From Octopus bimaculoides (lineage: Eukaryota), in NCBI RefSeq assembly GCF_001194135.2, contig NC_068983.1, positions 153,129,426 through 153,186,187 of the forward strand: DNA of 56,762 nucleotides, read 5' to 3'. Shown one piece after another: positions 52,472 through 56,762 of this stretch (within the stretch, counting starts at the first letter, position 1; each line of letters begins with the position of its first letter). The translations under genes and the position numbers were made by a program. The notes under the pieces are model-generated. The model was not told the origin of the DNA. It worked only from the letters and a program-made list of their open reading frames with translations, and searched no databases.

Positions 52472-52825
52472 TATTCTTCTATGCTTTTGCTTGTTTCAAT
52501 AATTTTCATGGCGGATATGCTGGAGAAACGCCTTTGAGTTGCAGAAATTGATCCCTGGAGTATTCTTTGTAAGCGTGGAACTTATTCTATCGGTTTCATT
52601 TGTCGAACTGCCAGGTAATTGGCATGCAAACACACTAACATCGGTTGAGATGGTGATGGTGGTTGTATTGGGGTTGACACAAACACATACATATATATAC
52701 AGATATACGATGCACTTCTTTCAGTTTCCACTCGTAAGGCTTTGTCCGGCCCAAGGCTATTGTAGAACCATATGGTTAGGAAGTAAGCTTTTTACCGCAC
52801 AGCCACGCCTGTCTCTCCACACAGC
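52472..52825 (-). mobile_element. Composite SINE, family A
   Basis: Tail (tattctttgtaagc..ttattctatcggt), short internal AT/CA tract and head (ctttcagtttcc..aaggct..ccgcacagccacgcctg) in the same order as 9678-10280. Confidence 0.75.
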
Positions 52826-53189
52826 CTGATATATACATGCATACATACATACTCTTTTTTACTCTTGTAAGGGCTTGGTAGCAGGTAGTAGGTAGTACAG
52901 TCCTAATATTTGATATGAGTAGTAATAGGAGCTAAGGAAGGAGGTGGCGAAGAAGAAGATAAAGAAGAAGAACAACAACAACAACAAGAATCCGGGAGTG
53001 GTAAGACTGTAGTAGAATGTTGATAGAATCCTCTTAAATGGTCAAGTGACCTAAAAGTGACCCGTTGTGGATGTAATAGTAGTAATTGGAATTATGCTGC
53101 ATAAATTCATTGGTAGTGACTGGTTCTGAATATATGGTTTTTAATATTTGCGTGGGTATTGTTCTAAGGTCCCTGTAATAGTGTTTTTT

Positions 53190-54230
53190 TTTTTTTGGAG
53201 GACGCATTGAAAAGGAGTTCATATTTTGTGATAAAATATAACTCATTGCTAATGCGCTGACTACAAGTTGCATCGTCCCTAAATTCATAGAGCGGAAAAA
53301 TACTGAAGCTGGGTTGTTCGTTAGTGGCGCAAATGTCGATGTGTTCGCTGAATGCTATTTTTCTGTATTCCCGAATTTTGTTCTGGGATCTGTGTAGAGC
53401 CATCCTTTGACGTAGACTGTTTTGAGTTTGGCCTATGTTTTGCTCTCGACACCCAGAGCAAGTTCATACATATAAATCCGATCTCTCAATTAGGCTGACG
53501 CATATACCACAGTTAAGTCTTCCGCATTGTTTTTACTGACGGCTTCCGTGGTGTTGTCGAACGTACTTGGGCTTGTGTTAGGAGACTCTTCATAGATTTG
53601 GGTTGTCTTTTGCTCTTTATGATGGTCTGCGTTTGGAGGATTAAATTCATTCCGTGATCCCATTTTAGTAGGGGGAAGTCCTGGAGGATGGTGTCGGAGG
53701 CTTCATTGTTAAGAGATTTTGTGAGGAGATATATGGTATGGGTTTTGGTTGTAAATCCTTCCTGCATTTGGGAGTCTGAGTTTGCAGATGATAAGATGTA
53801 GGGCACACTGAAATTAGTGATGATGGGTAGTTCCTGGTAATGAGTGTATCGTTTAGTTCATGTAGTCTTGTGACCCTGGTGCTTGTATTAGAAATTATAG
53901 TACAAATCCATTTTGATTGGCGTGACATGAGTTGAACGTTTCCATATTGTTTGCATATTGTTTGCATATTGTTTGCAGTCCTTGAGCTTTTAGTATATAT
54001 CTGTTTCTATTACGTTGTTAGATTAGTTAATGAGGCTGTCGAGGAATGGAAGTTGTTGATGGCTATATTCCATCGTAAATTGAATGTTTACGTCAAGTCC
54101 ATTTATAAGTGCTTGGAATTCTTTAAATTTCTCTATCCTTTCATGCCAAAGAATGAAACAGTCATCCAGAAATCTCTTCCAGTTATTTTCTATGTAGAGG
54201 GAGAATAGGTTGCCGTATTTTTCTATTACC
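53190..54230 (-). mobile_element. Penelope-like element, RT C-terminus + GIY-YIG endonuclease
   Basis: NWKRFLDDCFILW, LDVNIQFTMEYSHQQLPFLD, IETDIY, ICTIISNTSTR..RL.EL...L..RNYP, SKRQPKSMKSLLT and FSEHIDICA..FSIFPLY..E.YFITKY. Confidence 0.88.
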
Positions 54231-54689
54231 TTACGATAAAGACTAATTTCTAGATAATTAATTTTTCCACAATTTAATTATTTTTCATGCTGTACTCTAA
54301 GATGAAAAGGTCGCAAAGACTGAAACCGGTACTAAAATGTTCTTCATAATTAAAATTATTTTAGCATTTCCTACCTTGTTTCCTTTTATATATATATATA
54401 TATACTTTGGTTATCTGTGGTTATTTAAATGGAATAATATCTCATGTCATACATCGGAATTAAGAATGTGCTTGTCTGTATGTTTAAGACAAATATCTGA
54501 ATTTTTTAGCTCATACCAAATGTTATTAACACTTAGTTCATATACGAGCGAAAAAATAGTTGTACTATATACTGGCGCTTTATCTCCATCAAAATTCTCT
54601 CTCTCGCGCGCGCGCGTGTGTGTGTGTGTGTGTGCGTGTGCGTGTGTATCTGTTATCTATCTATTTATCTATCTATCCCAGTTTCTCTC

Positions 54690-54729
<40 letters not shown>

Positions 54730-55590
54730 TCTCTCTCTTTCTTAAATACACAACACTAATCAAGACACAATACGTACCATGTTTATGAAGAATTGAATTT
54801 TTGTTTGTGGAAACCCCATTACGTACTGGAGTTTTCAATGATATCTCAAACTAGGTCCTTCAGAAGGCTGTTCATTCCATCCCTGGCCGTTTGAGGAAAC
54901 TGGTTGACGCCACTTGTGCTTATGTTGACATATGAAGATTTATTTACATTTTCCCATATAATAAAGACCATGTATCATTTCTTTCAATAAATTTGTAAAA
55001 GGAATATGGATTTTATTACCACTTTTTAATGCCTACTTACTTTTCACCCCTCCCGTATATTGAGAAAAAGAGGGCAGTTAGAATTTTCGATAATTCTTCA
55101 TTGCCGCTTACGTTCATTTATCGAAATCGTTAGGACAAAACCAAAATGATATAAACAGAACATTTCGTTGTTAAGATAACAAAAGAGAGGAGGGGGCACT
55201 CATCACTTTAAATAAAAGTGTTCAAATTCCTGTGAAAGGAGAGACACACAAAAAAGATAGAGGAAGGCAAAGGTCTACTGATGAGGTCACAGAAATCTGA
55301 CGAAAGAACTCTGGCCGAAATACAATTAATATAAAATAATGCTGAAGCAAGTGAACACCAAATATATAGTGCGTGTGTTTTTGTTGGCTAAACATACAAA
55401 TGACCATCTCCAAATACAACAACATATGTGTGTGTTTGTATACATACATACATACATACATACATATGTATGTATATATATATATATATATNNNNNNNNN
55501 NNNNNNNNNNNNNNNNNNNNNNNNNNNNNNNNNNNNNNNNNNNNNNNNNNNNNNNNNNNNNNNNNNNNNNNNNNNNNNNNNNNNNNTATG

Positions 55591-55622
<32 letters not shown>

Positions 55623-56611
55623 TATTTTATTTTATTTTATTTTATATTATATATTGTATATTCCATATTCTATACCCCACATTGGTTCTGCAGGAATATA
55701 AATAGAACATAAAAAACAGACAGTGTTGGAACTCTTTTAAACAAAATAATATATTCCTCTATACACAATCATACAAAAAAAACACCTTTTTTGTATTTAT
55801 TTTTACTCGCATATATATAATATATATATATATATATTCTCTACTGCTGTAGTTTGTAGCTTGTATGAGAGAAATGTTTGTGTATACATATGTCATTAGA
55901 GGTTATGAAACACAAAAGGTATACTCCAAGTCTTAAAACATCCTGTAGACATTTTAAAAAAGTATTTGCAGCAAACTTTCTATTAGATATTTTCTAATTT
56001 ATTACAAATTTTTAGCGAGTCTTAATCTGAAGCCTGTCTGACAATGTAGTTTTTAATTTGGCGCAAACTACAGCTATCTCATTAAGTTTTCTGTCTGCAA
56101 GTAGTTCTTCATATTTTATTCATATCTCTTTTGAGCAATTTCCTTTTGTTTGTCTCATATATGTTTCCTTTTAACTTTTTTCCTTGGAAACGTTCTTAAA
56201 ACATTTTCTCTTCTAATTTTGTAGAGAGTATTTTTAGAACCAATCAACATGCTAATGCATTGTTGTAAGATCCGACTAACATTTATCGAATCTCGAGAAA
56301 CGGACATCTCGAGAAACGGAATTCGTTCCCAGTTTTTGCGTGTAAATGAATATATTGGGGGCAGTGAATGATGTGGTTGATATTGTACATGTTATACGTG
56401 AATATATGTATAAGAGAGACAAAATTACATTGTACACAAAAAAATTAAAACGCTTCGGCTTGCAGAAAAATATTAACGTAATGTAGGGATGAAGAGTAGA
56501 CGATATGGATAGATTTAAGTGTAATTATTTTTCAGTTATACGTTAATATTTGCGCCGCAGAATCCGCCGCACTCCACAAGCAGGTCTAGCCCTGCAGCGA
56601 CTGCACTCATT

Positions 56612-56762
56612 TAGGTGCAGACTTGGCTCTGCGGTAACAAGATTGCTTCCCAGCCACATGGTTCTTCATTCAGATTCAGTCCCACTACATGATACCGTGG
56701 GGGATGACCAGAGCCTTGAGTGCATTTGGTGGACGGAAACTGCCAGAAAGCTGCCGTATATA
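56612..56762 (+). mobile_element. Composite SINE family A head, cut by window end
   Basis: aggtgcag..tggctctgcggtaa..ttgcttcccagccacatggttc..ttcagtcccact..gaccagagccttgagtgcatttggtggacggaaactg is the reverse complement of the heads at 10128-10280 and 52700-52825. Confidence 0.75.

Noticed and set aside
53943-53978. Triple 11-bp tandem catattgtttg inside the Penelope RT
   Set aside because: Local slippage in a dead element; no sign of a wider array such as CRISPR.
47030-54230. Idea that the + strand RT half at 47 kb and the - strand half at 54 kb are one Penelope element split by an inversion
   Set aside because: The pieces overlap by ~150 nt around the LDDC motif and are clearly divergent in DNA there, so they are different copies.
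54290-54335. ctaagatga..ggtcgcaaagactgaaaccggt as a second hammerhead
   Set aside because: The catalytic CUGANGA box is broken and no stem I/III partners were found.
54403-54425. ctttggttatct resembling the miR-9 5' end
   Set aside because: Only 12 nt match, the 3' half diverges and there is no precursor hairpin.

Overview
AT-rich, microsatellite-dense animal DNA from a draft assembly with about 14 N gaps. The SINE families and (CA)n/(AT)n/(GA)n load resemble a coleoid cephalopod such as Octopus; this is an inference from remembered repeat families, not a database result. I recognise no intact host protein-coding gene, rRNA, true tRNA or CRISPR array, and nearly all ORFs in the supplied track are microsatellite or N artefacts. 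Supportable content is decayed mobile DNA: a CR1/L2-type LINE (8.8-9.65 kb), an RTE-type endonuclease region (23.5-24.9 kb), a Ty3/Gypsy RT-RNaseH fragment (31.5-32.6 kb) beside an internally deleted L1/Tx1-like element (29.9-31.4 kb), two R4/Dong-like RT fragments (38.0-40.5 kb), four Penelope-like fragments (41.5-54.2 kb), a Tc1 transposase (48.3-49.2 kb), a 295-bp hAT MITE with perfect TIRs and TSD, and at least three tRNA-derived SINE families. The most unusual items are (i) a ~190-bp-arm inverted duplication at 34.9-35.6 kb that appears built from decayed C2H2 zinc-finger codons, near an RFX X-box/CCAAT/CRE cluster; (ii) ten telomere-like hexamers exactly where the L1/Tx1 element lost its EN-RT core; (iii) a Dong-like LINE abutting a (TAA)n/(TAG)n tract. 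Several small candidate exons suggest an unidentified spliced gene but are unproven.
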